DNA of 64,000 bases, from the IMG/VR virus record IMGVR_UViG_3300044797_000101, positions 32,001 through 96,000 of that record; one strand, 5' to 3'. Shown here piece after piece: positions 9,482 through 18,824 of the stretch. The position numbers and the translations under genes were made by a program. Under the pieces are notes generated by a model, which was not told the DNA's origin, did not search any database, and was given only the letters and a program-made list of their open reading frames with translations. This stretch comes from a virus. The stretch's first letter is position 1. Every line of letters starts with the position of its first letter.

Positions 9482-9867
9482 ATTAATCCTTCATCCTTTA
9501 TATCATCATCTAACTCAATATTATAGCTACCCTGTTCATATGTAGATTCTATTCCAGCAGCTTTAAGAATTCCCATCATTTTCTCTGCACCAAGCGGATT
9601 TGCTGTATGAAACTTAATCACTTGTGGACGTATTGATTCAGGCATAACAGAGAGATAAAAGGCAACTGGTTGGAATGTTTCCTGTCCGATCTGAAGGCGC
9701 CGTTTAACACTGTCCGATAATTCACCTGAAAAGGGAACACAAATATCGTGGTCAATGCTAATCTCTTCTACATAACCCGTAGACAGAAGACGGATAGCTT
9801 CAGTGTTATTACGAGCAAGTGTCCAACCTTCTGGACAACGGCGAAGATCATCAACGTATAGTTTCAT
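9478..9867 (-). CDS. Cyclic-phosphate processing receiver domain protein
   Basis: LYVDDLR, ISIDHDI, HTANP. Confidence 0.8.
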   Translation of the reverse strand: MKLYVDDLRRCPEGWTLARNNTEAIRLLSTGYVEEISIDHDICVPFSGELSDSVKRRLQIGQETFQPVAFYLSVMPESIRPQVIKFHTANPLGAEKMMGILKAAGIESTYEQGSYNIELDDDIKDEGLI

Positions 9868-10033
9868 CTGCTTTTTTCTCCAAGTACTCAAGATTAGTGG
9901 CTGGAACAAATTCAACAGCTGTGTAATATTCACCAGGTGTCTCTGTTGGGCACAGCATCATACTGCCAAGATTAAGATGTTCTTTCTCAAATCGTAGACA
10001 GTTAATACAGTGTCTATTTATGTTTTCTGGCAT
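9851..10033 (-). CDS. DNLxYLE-tagged zinc-finger protein
   Basis: CINC...FVPATNLEYLEKK. Confidence 0.75.
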   Translation of the reverse strand: MPENINRHCINCLRFEKEHLNLGSMMLCPTETPGEYYTAVEFVPATNLEYLEKKADETIR

Positions 10034-10671
10034 AACCTTCAAGACGTCTATCCTTCAACGTCCAAGCCAAGTGCATAAGCTTCTCAACAAGCCACCAGAT
10101 AAACTGCTCTAAACGATACATTAGCAACCCTCGCCTACTAGACCTTCATTCCTTAATGTATTGATCTCACTTTGTAGTTCTAAATTAAGAGCATGTTCCT
10201 TAAGCTTTAAGTGTTCCTCAGCTGTTAAACGGTGGGACAAGTAAAGCCAATCAATGTATTCCCAAACAGTTTTAGGTTCAACGTTTTTTCTTTTTGCCAT
10301 AAAATCCCCTTTTTCTAACACCCTTTAATAAGGCATCAATCTCTTTAAAATACGTTCGTGGTGAAATAGAAGTTAAACTATTATTTGAATACCTGCTCAC
10401 GTAATCTAATTCACCAAATGATACTTCAAGTTTTGTTTCACCTTGAACTTCAAATGTATCTGAAATTACATGCTCACCAGCAGCAGCAACTATACGCTTG
10501 TAGATCCAACCCCTACGACGTCTACCAAAAAAATAACTATTTCGATATTTAAAGCATTTCCCAACTAACGCTTGCGCTTTAGGAACAGATTCGAGGATAC
10601 GAATCTTATCCCTAATTTCTGAAATATGCTTTTCATATGCAATGGAAAGCTCTTTTAGATTCTTGATAACA

Positions 10672-10884
10672 TCATCGCTCATTCAACTGCTCCTTACGTT
10701 TTGCACACCACTCTAAATACTCTAGATTATCAGAGGGACTGCATTCTTCTTTACATGCTGATTCACTCTGAGTACCTGTTGGTCCAACTATATCATTTGG
10801 AATCCAATGATATCCTTGTACTCTATGCGCACCACATACACGGCAAGGACTTTTAAATTCCCTTGCATCCATCCACCAAATCAT
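10672..10884 (-). CDS. DNLxYLE-tagged zinc-finger protein
   Basis: CRVCGAH...SPSDNLEYLEW. Confidence 0.8.
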   Translation of the reverse strand: MIWWMDAREFKSPCRVCGAHRVQGYHWIPNDIVGPTGTQSESACKEECSPSDNLEYLEWCAKRKEQLNER

Positions 10885-11166
10885 CTTAGCGAGGCAAGCG
10901 TGTATGTTTACGACGAGCTACTTCAATTGCGGCAAGCTGACGACGCTGAAGAGCAACAACCACCAACAACAGCAACGTGCTTACTTGTAGTAGTAATGAT
11001 TCCATTTTAAGCTCCTTTTAGTTTATTTAAAACAACTGATTCAGCTGCCAAGCAACTAAACCAGCACTAACCAATCCCCAAACATAAGAACCCTGGTAAA
11101 AATTAATTATAGCGAATGTAATATTTAAAACTAAACATCCGTAAAACAACACTTGGTTCATCATAA

Positions 11167-11415
11167 TTATCCTTTTTTCTCAACACGAGACCAAGCAAAC
11201 GCCTGCTTAAGAATCTTATTGAAATGAACGCCTTTGCTTTTAGCTAATTTAAAATCGTCATAATCAGCTTGGGTTGCACCCTTCGCGTCATATGTTCCAC
11301 CGTTATTAAATCGAACACGCATCGTACCAGATTGAGCATCAAATCCAGCAGCGGAAATGTTTGAGCTAACAACTGGTTCTAGTTGAATCTCTGTTGGTTT
11401 AATTTCATCAGCCAT
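11167..11415 (-). CDS. KTSC domain protein
   Basis: VSSNISAAGFD...VRFNNGGTY...AKSKGVHFN. Confidence 0.85.
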   Translation of the reverse strand: MADEIKPTEIQLEPVVSSNISAAGFDAQSGTMRVRFNNGGTYDAKGATQADYDDFKLAKSKGVHFNKILKQAFAWSRVEKKG

Positions 11416-11439
11416 GTTAATCTCCTTAAAAATACGTAT

Positions 11440-11615
11440 TTAAACTATGCTTAGGATTTGAAGTCCTAACCAGCGGATTCGTCCAACCGCATCTCTCCCT
11501 GATTGTGGGAGTGTTCTCGAATCGTTTAAAAGAGCAAGGTTTCGTTTACCCACGACGAAACAGGCTTCAGCTCCCAAGTGGGATAATGGCTCTATTTCCG
11601 CCTTGCGCCTCTCTA
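11440..11615 (-). ncRNA. Candidate structured RNA or long 5' leader
   Basis: Multi-hairpin segment with no ORF in the track, downstream of a TGnTATAAT box. Confidence 0.45.
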
Positions 11616-11616
11616 T

Positions 11617-11645
11617 TTATTATAACAGATTATCCGTTATAATAA
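11617..11645 (-). promoter_or_regulatory. Extended -10 box inside a 10-bp inverted repeat
   Basis: TTATTATAAC (11617-11626) and GTTATAATAA (11636-11645). Confidence 0.55.
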
Positions 11646-11648
11646 CAC

Positions 11649-12302
11649 TTATTTTTCGTCAAAGTACGTGTTGCCTGTTCCCTTCTTGTGATCTCTAGCT
11701 GGGGATACAATACGATCAACGAAACCATACTCCAGAGCCTGTTGAGAGGAGAAGTAGTTGTTACGTTCACCATCAGCAAGAACCTTATCAAATGGTTGAC
11801 CTGTATGATCAGCCAAAATCTGAGCTAATGAATTCTTATGGTAAACCATTTCACGTGCTTCGATCTCAATATCAGTGGCTTGACCAGAGATACCACCGCC
11901 ATGGATCAAGGGTTGGTGCATCATGATACGAGCATGGGGCATCGCTGAACGCATCCCTTTTGTTCCAGCAGCCAACAAAACTAACCCGAATGACATGGCA
12001 TGACCCATAACTAACGTAGCAACTGGAGACTTCAAATGCTGCATGGTATCATAAATCGCTAATCCTGCTAACACGCTTCCACCTGGGCAGTTGATATACA
12101 TCTGAATGGGTTTATTATTGTCCAAGGATTCTAAATATAGAAGCTGGGCAATCAATAAATTGCTACCTTCCGTTGTAATATCTTCACCGCCAACCATTAC
12201 AATACGATCTGATAACAGTTTGGAAAAGATATCATAGGATATTGTACCGTTAGCGGACTTCTCATAGATACTCGGAACGATTGCCATGTTAGGTTTAATC
12301 AT
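11649..12302 (-). CDS. clpP: ATP-dependent Clp protease proteolytic subunit
   Basis: YDIFSKLLSDRIV, YINCPGGSV, GHAMSFG, RIMMHQP, GQATDIEI. Confidence 0.95.
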   Translation of the reverse strand: MIKPNMAIVPSIYEKSANGTISYDIFSKLLSDRIVMVGGEDITTEGSNLLIAQLLYLESLDNNKPIQMYINCPGGSVLAGLAIYDTMQHLKSPVATLVMGHAMSFGLVLLAAGTKGMRSAMPHARIMMHQPLIHGGGISGQATDIEIEAREMVYHKNSLAQILADHTGQPFDKVLADGERNNYFSSQQALEYGFVDRIVSPARDHKKGTGNTYFDEK

Positions 12303-12311
12303 GATTCTCCT

Positions 12312-12494
12312 TTATTTCACTTGTGCTTCTAGCCATTTTAAATTATCCCTCTTAAACTGCTTACAATGCTTCCTGCATTTTGGTTCCAATAATCCATAAG
12401 CCCAACACTCAGGTCCGTGACGACCTTTTGGATGCTCACACGCAACACACGGCTCATTGTCAAAACTCAGTTGCTTTATAGTCATGATAGGCAT
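12312..12494 (-). CDS. DNLxYLE-tagged zinc-finger protein
   Basis: CVACEH...FKRDNLKWLE. Confidence 0.8.
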   Translation of the reverse strand: MPIMTIKQLSFDNEPCVACEHPKGRHGPECWAYGLLEPKCRKHCKQFKRDNLKWLEAQVK

Positions 12495-12590
12495 TCGCCG
12501 TACACTTTAAGCAAGAATCCTCATAGTCATGAGGGAGCAATCTTTCATGGTCTTCTCTTCGATGACCGCATTCACACAGCAATTCTTTAC

Positions 12591-12800
12591 TCATATTTTT
12601 GACTCCAAATATTTCAAATTATCAATCGGTGTATATTGTTCACACTTTCCAACCCTACATTTCTCGCAATATCCATAAATAGTAACACGTGTGCCTTTTT
12701 CATTAATATCTTTTTTATCCCATATTGAAATATCTTTGCCACTATACTGATAGCGATAATGTTTACTTTTCGTATGTTTACAAGTACAAATTCTACTCAT
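12591..12800 (-). CDS. DNLxYLE-tagged zinc-finger protein
   Basis: CTCKH...YTPIDNLKYLE. Confidence 0.8.
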   Translation of the reverse strand: MSRICTCKHTKSKHYRYQYSGKDISIWDKKDINEKGTRVTIYGYCEKCRVGKCEQYTPIDNLKYLESKI

Positions 12801-13851
12801 TGTATTTTAACAGGAAGTCAGGATTGATACATTTGAAACTCAATCGACCTCGCAGCTCCTCTTCGTATTCATTGATCAATGGACGAAACACCACGCCTTC
12901 ACGGTGGACGTCTTTATTCAATAGGCTTTTACCTTTAGAATACTCAACAAGCTCATCAACCGTTCCAGGCAACACGTAGGAATCAGAGATGAATGGAACG
13001 TGAGTAAGTCCAAGATATTCAACGATCTGGCTAAGATCAGCATAGTTAAAGTGAAGACCCGTATCAATATCATAGGCATTGAAAATGTGATAACCAAGCT
13101 TATCTAGTTTGTACTTATTTCCTTGAACTCCAGGACCAAGCAACTCACCTTGAAGAGCGATGTTACGACGGAAACTACGCAACTTATTCTCAAGATCTAG
13201 CTCACGAGCAACCTTCCAGAATGAATTGCCCTCTGTTTCCTTAAGGTCTAGGTTACGAGAACACACACCAAATTCATCACCTTTAAAATAGGTTGTCATG
13301 CTTGAACCGTCAACCTTCTCAGTGACATAGAACTTCTTAAGCTGATGCTTAAATAGCAACTCGGGAACAGCTTGAATGCGCATCTCATCTGTCTTTGACA
13401 AGAATGAGGGAAAATTTCCCTTAACCGTTCCAGATAATTGAGCTGGAACATAAGGTTCGTATTTCTCAACTTCAAGCATGGCTGTAACATCATCGCCTTC
13501 ACTATAATCAAACTTTAGACTGCAATCAGAAATGATTGAGGCATCTGGGATAGCAGCATGAACCTTTTGAGGAATTGGAAGAATAGACAAAGGAAGACAA
13601 AGACCTTGAGATACCTGACCACGTAGCTTAATCGTTTTAATCCTAAAACTAGATTTACGAAGGAACTCAACCTCAGGACTTTCCTTAAGAATTGAATCAA
13701 TCTCAAAGTATACAACCAGGTCGCCGATATTGAATTCGCCCTTCTTGGCTACAACTTTCCAGCCAAGAACAGTTAAAACCTCGATAGCATCGGCTCCAGG
13801 AATAGGTTGAATATCCAATACCTTTTGAATAGATGCAAGCTTGCGTTCCAT
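12793..13851 (-). CDS. RNA ligase, DRB0094/Rnl2-like family
   Basis: RKLASIQKV...ADAIE N-terminus; TEKVDGSS, QGEL, REGVVFR, FKCIN. Confidence 0.9.
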   Translation of the reverse strand: MERKLASIQKVLDIQPIPGADAIEVLTVLGWKVVAKKGEFNIGDLVVYFEIDSILKESPEVEFLRKSSFRIKTIKLRGQVSQGLCLPLSILPIPQKVHAAIPDASIISDCSLKFDYSEGDDVTAMLEVEKYEPYVPAQLSGTVKGNFPSFLSKTDEMRIQAVPELLFKHQLKKFYVTEKVDGSSMTTYFKGDEFGVCSRNLDLKETEGNSFWKVARELDLENKLRSFRRNIALQGELLGPGVQGNKYKLDKLGYHIFNAYDIDTGLHFNYADLSQIVEYLGLTHVPFISDSYVLPGTVDELVEYSKGKSLLNKDVHREGVVFRPLINEYEEELRGRLSFKCINPDFLLKYNE

Positions 13852-14238
13852 TATTTACCTTTTGAAACGAGTTGATTCTTCTCAGTATCTAAAATATAAA
13901 CAGCTTTTCCCTGAGTCCGTAGCAAATCCATATGAGCAAAAGCTTTCTCAGCAGAAAAATACCTACCATGAACAATCAAACTATGCTTCGCAGTAAATAA
14001 AAGTTTTATTCTTGCCCAAAGGCTATTATCAACACTCACTAATTCAAATCTAAATGTTCTATCACTCATTAAATTGACCAGTCCTTTTCAATCCCTAATA
14101 CCCATTGCAGTGCATACGCTTGAAGATAAAGATCATTGAAACGCTTCTCTTCCTCAGGCGTACGATCAAATCGAGGCAAACTATTGCGTGCTTCAAAAAG
14201 AGCATTGCACTTCTCGCGAACCTCTTCCTCCCAACGCA

Positions 14239-14673
14239 TTAGATCTCTCTCCATTTCACTTTAGCATCATCAAAATAGTATTTAGTTTTAGCTACAGATT
14301 CTTTCCAACGTGCTTCTAATTTCTTTGGAAGCTTAGGAAACACAGCAAGCTTAATACCTGCTTGAATCATATGCACAGCACAGCGATCACACGAAGCAAA
14401 TGGGTATGTATAAAGAGTACATCCTTCAACTGACTGCTTAGAATTCAGAACAGCATTCATCTCACAGTGAACTATCCGTGAATACTTCAATTCACGATTA
14501 GCATAAAGATGAGGTTCATCACTCATGCCTTTAGGAAAACCATTATAACCCACTGCTAAAATAGTACGATCTGGACGCACAATTACAGCGCCAGTTTGAG
14601 TGCTTGGATCTTTTGACCAGCTTGCTACAAGCTTGGCCAATTCCATAAATCGTTTATCCCACTTGTTTACCAT
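14239..14673 (-). CDS. dCMP deaminase
   Basis: SKDPSTQTGA, GYNG, HCEMNA, SCDRC. Confidence 0.9.
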   Translation of the reverse strand: MVNKWDKRFMELAKLVASWSKDPSTQTGAVIVRPDRTILAVGYNGFPKGMSDEPHLYANRELKYSRIVHCEMNAVLNSKQSVEGCTLYTYPFASCDRCAVHMIQAGIKLAVFPKLPKKLEARWKESVAKTKYYFDDAKVKWREI

Positions 14674-14679
14674 AGAGTT

Positions 14680-14708
14680 ATTATAACAGATAAAAGGTGT
14701 TTTGTCAA
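14680..14708 (-). promoter_or_regulatory. Sigma70-type promoter, leaderless
   Basis: TTGACA-17-TATAAT with TG extension; ATG 6 nt after -10. Confidence 0.85.
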
Positions 14709-14715
14709 CCCCCTA

Positions 14716-15462
14716 TTAATCTCCTATATTTACGTGATGATTTATAAATTCCCTATCTTGACTGAAAACAGGTATATTCTTCTCAACATACCAACCATCA
14801 ACACCCTTAATTACGCAAGCACCACGTTTGTTAATTACAGGAAGATCATTCCAATTGATCCCCTTCTCTTTAAACAGCAGTTCTTGCACTTCATCCGTGC
14901 ACAGACCATGTAACTGCTTCGGACTGAATTGAGACTGTCCTACGCTGTTTATGGAGTTTCTAGTGGCATCCTGTTGTCGCCACAGGAAGTAGTTGCACAC
15001 TTCAGCGTGAGGAAGAATAAACGCACGAGAATCAAAGTGAGCCATAGGCTTAAACTTATCTTCTTGACGATACTCGAACATCCGTAAGTTTGCTCTCTCA
15101 GCTTCATAATTAAAAGCTGCAGTGGCAATGCTTGCTGAGATACTAACAAGCTTTTGAAGATTCTTATCATAAGGCGCTTGGGTTGTCAATGTATCATAAT
15201 CTGTAATGAACAAGCTGATCTCATCTGATTGCCAATAAGCAAGCTTCACGCCTTGTATACCTTCACAAAGTGCTTGGGTTGTTTTAAGCATGAGCTCCAT
15301 GAAGTCTGGATCAAATGGACGAATAAACCCACGTGTGTATGTATGGAAAGCCTTACCATCAATCCTAAGAATCAATGGAAGTCTTCCAGACAAATGGAAA
15401 CGATAGGCATTCTCGTAGTTTTTCATACGATCACCAAGGCTATCTTTTTCAGGCTTGCTCAT
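14716..15462 (-). CDS. tRNA(His) guanylyltransferase Thg1-like
   Basis: RIDGKAFH, QSDEISL, FDSR, WRQQDATRN. Confidence 0.93.
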   Translation of the reverse strand: MSKPEKDSLGDRMKNYENAYRFHLSGRLPLILRIDGKAFHTYTRGFIRPFDPDFMELMLKTTQALCEGIQGVKLAYWQSDEISLFITDYDTLTTQAPYDKNLQKLVSISASIATAAFNYEAERANLRMFEYRQEDKFKPMAHFDSRAFILPHAEVCNYFLWRQQDATRNSINSVGQSQFSPKQLHGLCTDEVQELLFKEKGINWNDLPVINKRGACVIKGVDGWYVEKNIPVFSQDREFINHHVNIGD

Positions 15463-15661
15463 TTAGAAGCTCCTGTTTCTTTTTCTTCAATTCCATAAAA
15501 GCTAGGTTGTCCCCATCAAAATCATGAAACCTATCATCTGTATAACCAGGTTCATCAATCTGACATCCAGTACAAACTCCAGTACCTGTTGAAATATTAA
15601 CGTAATGTCGCTCGGCTAAATGCCTACAGACCTTACAAGGAAAATCCTTAGCGACTGCCAT
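15449..15661 (-). CDS. DNLxYLE-tagged zinc-finger protein
   Basis: CKVCRH...FDGDNLAFME; start reassigned to MAVAKDF. Confidence 0.75.
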   Translation of the reverse strand: MAVAKDFPCKVCRHLAERHYVNISTGTGVCTGCQIDEPGYTDDRFHDFDGDNLAFMELKKKKQELLNEQA

Positions 15662-15824
15662 AATATTCCTTATCCATTTGTTCTGCATACAGCTGATCAT
15701 CTAGGATAAACACATTACACGGACAAGCAGCTTTTGGACGGTATATATCCTCACGCTGACAGATAAGCCCGAATTGTCCGTGTTCTTTATCTAAATGACC
15801 ACAGCTACAAATTAATTCTACCAT
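15648..15824 (-). CDS. Zinc-finger family member with degenerate tag (58 aa)
   Basis: Manual: MVELICSCGH...CPCNVFILDDQLYAEQ. Confidence 0.7.
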   Translation of the reverse strand: MVELICSCGHLDKEHGQFGLICQREDIYRPKAACPCNVFILDDQLYAEQMDKEYYGSR

Positions 15825-16099
15825 GAATCTTTATCCTGTTCACGGATTTTTATCTCGGCTTGCTCAGCCTTAAGTTCAAGATATTCTAAATTGTCCATTG
15901 GTTGATAATCAAGGCATCCGCACTTAGTTGAGCTCACACTGAATTGTCCTTGCATATATGAATCACAAGGAACCATCTCAAGGATCTTTATAAATGATTG
16001 AGTAATGCCGCCTTGTTCAATACGAAGATAGATTGCATGATGACTAACCATATGTCCGCATTTACGACACATCGCATCACTTTTAGGATAGTCTAACAT
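15818..16099 (-). CDS. DNLxYLE-tagged zinc-finger protein
   Basis: CRKCGH...CGCLDYQPMDNLEYLE. Confidence 0.8.
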   Translation of the reverse strand: MLDYPKSDAMCRKCGHMVSHHAIYLRIEQGGITQSFIKILEMVPCDSYMQGQFSVSSTKCGCLDYQPMDNLEYLELKAEQAEIKIREQDKDSW

Positions 16100-16365
16100 T
16101 CAGGTCTCTCATTCCATTCTTTTAGAATGGGAAATGTTTCAAATATATCTGCTCCAGCACGAACAGCCTTTACACGATCTAACTCTTCAAGGTATTTTAG
16201 ATTATCAACTGGTACATTCTTTAAAACAAACTTAGCCCTAGCTTCAAGCCTATTTAGAAATTCTTCTTTATCATCTGTAATAATGTATTTTTGTTTAGGA
16301 GGTTTAGGTCCTTTAAGCATTTCAGCAATCTTTTCAATATTCCAGCCCCAATCAGTTGTATCCAT
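16093..16365 (-). CDS. Protein with internal DNLxYLE motif
   Basis: VPVDNLKYLEE about 30 aa from C-terminus. Confidence 0.75.
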   Translation of the reverse strand: MDTTDWGWNIEKIAEMLKGPKPPKQKYIITDDKEEFLNRLEARAKFVLKNVPVDNLKYLEELDRVKAVRAGADIFETFPILKEWNERPEC

Positions 16366-16856
16366 TATTTAGACTTCTTTTCTTTCTCTTTACTCTTAGT
16401 TTCAAGGATACGAAGGTTATCTAGTTTCTTTTTCATATCGTCCCAGACTTCCCTAAAATTCTGTTCCCATTTAAACTCAAACGCTTTAGTATTAGCCCAA
16501 GCTTCGAAAGCATCCATATTTTTAATTATGGGAAAGATGCTTTGCCCAATAGCAAGTGTAATTGCGTTACCACGACGTCGTCCATTGAGACCTGCAAGCT
16601 TTAATTCATTGACACCGTAAACTCCATCGCTCTTAATACCAAAGTTATAATCGCACCAGAGTGTTGTGCCACCACCTAAGTCAAAGACGGCGTAGTCATT
16701 ACCATCATCAAATATGATCTTAAACTTAAACGGTGCATCTTGAAGATCAATCAGCTTAGCATACTCTTTACTATGGAATCTACGATGGTGCCACAAGAAT
16801 CCACCGAGGATTGTTGGAAATGTTACGAAAACTCCGTACAAAAAATGATGGCTCAT
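16365..16856 (-). CDS. Membrane-anchored protein with tag-like motif
   Basis: N-terminal hydrophobic segment; KLDNLRILE. Confidence 0.7.
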   Translation of the reverse strand: MSHHFLYGVFVTFPTILGGFLWHHRRFHSKEYAKLIDLQDAPFKFKIIFDDGNDYAVFDLGGGTTLWCDYNFGIKSDGVYGVNELKLAGLNGRRRGNAITLAIGQSIFPIIKNMDAFEAWANTKAFEFKWEQNFREVWDDMKKKLDNLRILETKSKEKEKKSK

Positions 16857-17491
16857 TGGTTATCGCCTCTCTCTAATACTTCATTAACAAGCTTATCGGG
16901 GTAAATGATATCACGAACATCTTCACCCTTAACCTCGATAAAGTTGAAATTCTCTAATACCTTTGATGCAGCTGTCATACCAAATGTCTTCTCAAACGCT
17001 TGTGGATCAAGGTTGCTTGTGATAATCGTGATATGCTCATCCTCACGACGATGTGACATCAAGAGCGTAAGCTCACGTTTATCATTATGAGGGTTGCTAG
17101 AACAGAATGCAGGAGAAACATCATCAAGCAATAGAATTGGCACAGTCATTGCAAGCCTACGATCTGCAATAGCTTCATCTGTAAACTGGTTGCGACTGAT
17201 TAGGTATTCACCGAACTTAATCTGAGCGATAGGAAGAATGACAACCTTACCCTCTGAATCAAGACGCGGTTGATGCAGCTGCTGTAAGACATAATTAGCG
17301 ATACGAGACTTCCCATTTCCATTCACTGGGGAATAGATATACAGGTTATCTCCATCTTCTACAACGTCTGGATCTGCAAGGTATTTCGCTACCTTGGCTT
17401 GAATATCTTGAACGTTTGAGGCACCAAATAAATCTTTAATGTCCCAATCTCGATGGAGTTTAGGAATTGCAGTTCTTACAACGTGGCTCAT
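16853..17491 (-). CDS. DnaC/IstB-like AAA+ ATPase (helicase loader)
   Basis: SPVNGNGKS, LLLDDV, TIITSNL. Confidence 0.8.
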   Translation of the reverse strand: MSHVVRTAIPKLHRDWDIKDLFGASNVQDIQAKVAKYLADPDVVEDGDNLYIYSPVNGNGKSRIANYVLQQLHQPRLDSEGKVVILPIAQIKFGEYLISRNQFTDEAIADRRLAMTVPILLLDDVSPAFCSSNPHNDKRELTLLMSHRREDEHITIITSNLDPQAFEKTFGMTAASKVLENFNFIEVKGEDVRDIIYPDKLVNEVLERGDNQ

Positions 17492-17807
17492 TGTCTCGCT
17501 CCTCTTTCTCAATCGATCTAATTTCTAATAATTCTAAATTCGTAAAGATACCACCATTTTTTCGTTTGTAATCTTGATATTGTGTTATCGCTGCAGACAA
17601 TGGTAAGATCTCTAAATGTGCGTCAGAATAATCGTAACAAGAACACCCAGACTCATACACTACGACATAACGTCCGTCGCTTAATTGAAAGACGTGCATC
17701 TCATCGACGCCATCTGAGTTAGGATTTGAAAAGCAACCAAGCTCCAACGTTGCTTTAGCACCGTCAACGTTACCAGCCCACTGATCATGCCAACAATCAA
17801 GCGACAT
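17460..17807 (-). CDS. Tagged protein with unrelated N-terminal domain
   Basis: ESGCSCY domain followed by IFTNLELLE. Confidence 0.7.
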   Translation of the reverse strand: MSLDCWHDQWAGNVDGAKATLELGCFSNPNSDGVDEMHVFQLSDGRYVVVYESGCSCYDYSDAHLEILPLSAAITQYQDYKRKNGGIFTNLELLEIRSIEKEERDNEPRCKNCNS

Positions 17808-17988
17808 TCTTTTTCTCCAATGACTTCTTTTCTAAATACTCTAAATTACCAACATATGGATGCTTAAAAAAACTATTTTTTCTCTTATTCACACCAAACC
17901 TATAACACTCAGAACACCACACTGTCGTAGGATCATGATGCGCTACTGAGTGCTCTTCTCGTTTATGACCACAGGTAAAACAAATCAT
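17797..17988 (-). CDS. DNLxYLE-tagged zinc-finger protein
   Basis: CFTCGH...HPYVGNLEYLE. Confidence 0.8.
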   Translation of the reverse strand: MICFTCGHKREEHSVAHHDPTTVWCSECYRFGVNKRKNSFFKHPYVGNLEYLEKKSLEKKNVA

Positions 17989-18557
17989 TGCTTCTTAGCT
18001 TTCAGCTTTGCTTTCCATTCATCACGAAGCTTTTTACGGAATTCTTTATTTGACTTGTTCTTAGCCTTCTGAATCTCATTAAGGTCAAATTCAACCTCTT
18101 TGAATACCTTACTATCCTCATTCCACCAACTATAATTGTTCTTGACATCCCAATCCAAATTCGAAGGAACGTATCCATCTTTCTTAACCTTACGCATTAC
18201 GACTGGGGACAAGTTTTCATTGTGACCTGACTCAACCCAAGCATCATAGAGCTGCTGATACTTAGGATCATCAACGGTCCAATTAGCATAGAACTCATCA
18301 AAGTTGCACATAGGAAGTTTCCAGCGTTTAGCATACTTCCTTACTGCAGACCAAATAGAATGAGCATGACCTCTAAAGGCTAATGATTTCACTTTTTTGT
18401 TCCCCAAAATAATCTCTCTATTATCTTTATAATAATTTCGCTTATTTGACAAGCGTTTTTTTCTATTCTTCTTGTAATCTTTTCTACTCTGTTTGATGAT
18501 CTTCTTTTGATTATCCAAATAATATTGTCGCTTGTATTCTTTCCTACTCATTTCCAT
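17985..18557 (-). CDS. Hypothetical protein with basic homing-endonuclease-like N-terminus
   Basis: KRQYYLDNQKK...YYKDNRE repeats; nuclease motif not clear. Confidence 0.55.
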   Translation of the reverse strand: MEMSRKEYKRQYYLDNQKKIIKQSRKDYKKNRKKRLSNKRNYYKDNREIILGNKKVKSLAFRGHAHSIWSAVRKYAKRWKLPMCNFDEFYANWTVDDPKYQQLYDAWVESGHNENLSPVVMRKVKKDGYVPSNLDWDVKNNYSWWNEDSKVFKEVEFDLNEIQKAKNKSNKEFRKKLRDEWKAKLKAKKQ

Positions 18558-18575
18558 ATGATTCTTTCCTTCTGC

Positions 18576-18645
18576 CAAATGAAGAAGTATCTATTCTCTC
18601 TATAGATCTATATAATATAAGGGTCTAAAGATACTTCTTCATTTG
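18576..18645. repeat. 17-bp perfect inverted repeat enclosing a 12-bp palindrome
   Basis: CAAATGAAGAAGTATCT (18576-18592) / AGATACTTCTTCATTTG (18629-18645); TATAGATCTATA at 18601-18612. Confidence 0.85.
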
Positions 18646-18824
18646 ACACTAACTAAGTATTGTGCTTTCTACGGTGTCCCTGAAGCTCTCATGTATTAGG
18701 ATCGTATCACAGTCCAAACATAATTCGATCCCGTTATGAGGTTGCTTCGTTGGATTTGGGAAGCTGTAAAAGAATAATCGGTTTTCTAATTTAGCCTGCT
18801 TGAGTATTGCTAGGGTTTTCTCGT

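Noticed and set aside
11440-11520. Complete tRNA-Sec or opal suppressor tRNA gene
   Set aside because: No T-arm or acceptor 3' strand follows the anticodon arm.
11560-11615. Lysine riboswitch (AGAGGCGC opening)
   Set aside because: The other conserved elements were not found and the downstream gene is unrelated to lysine.
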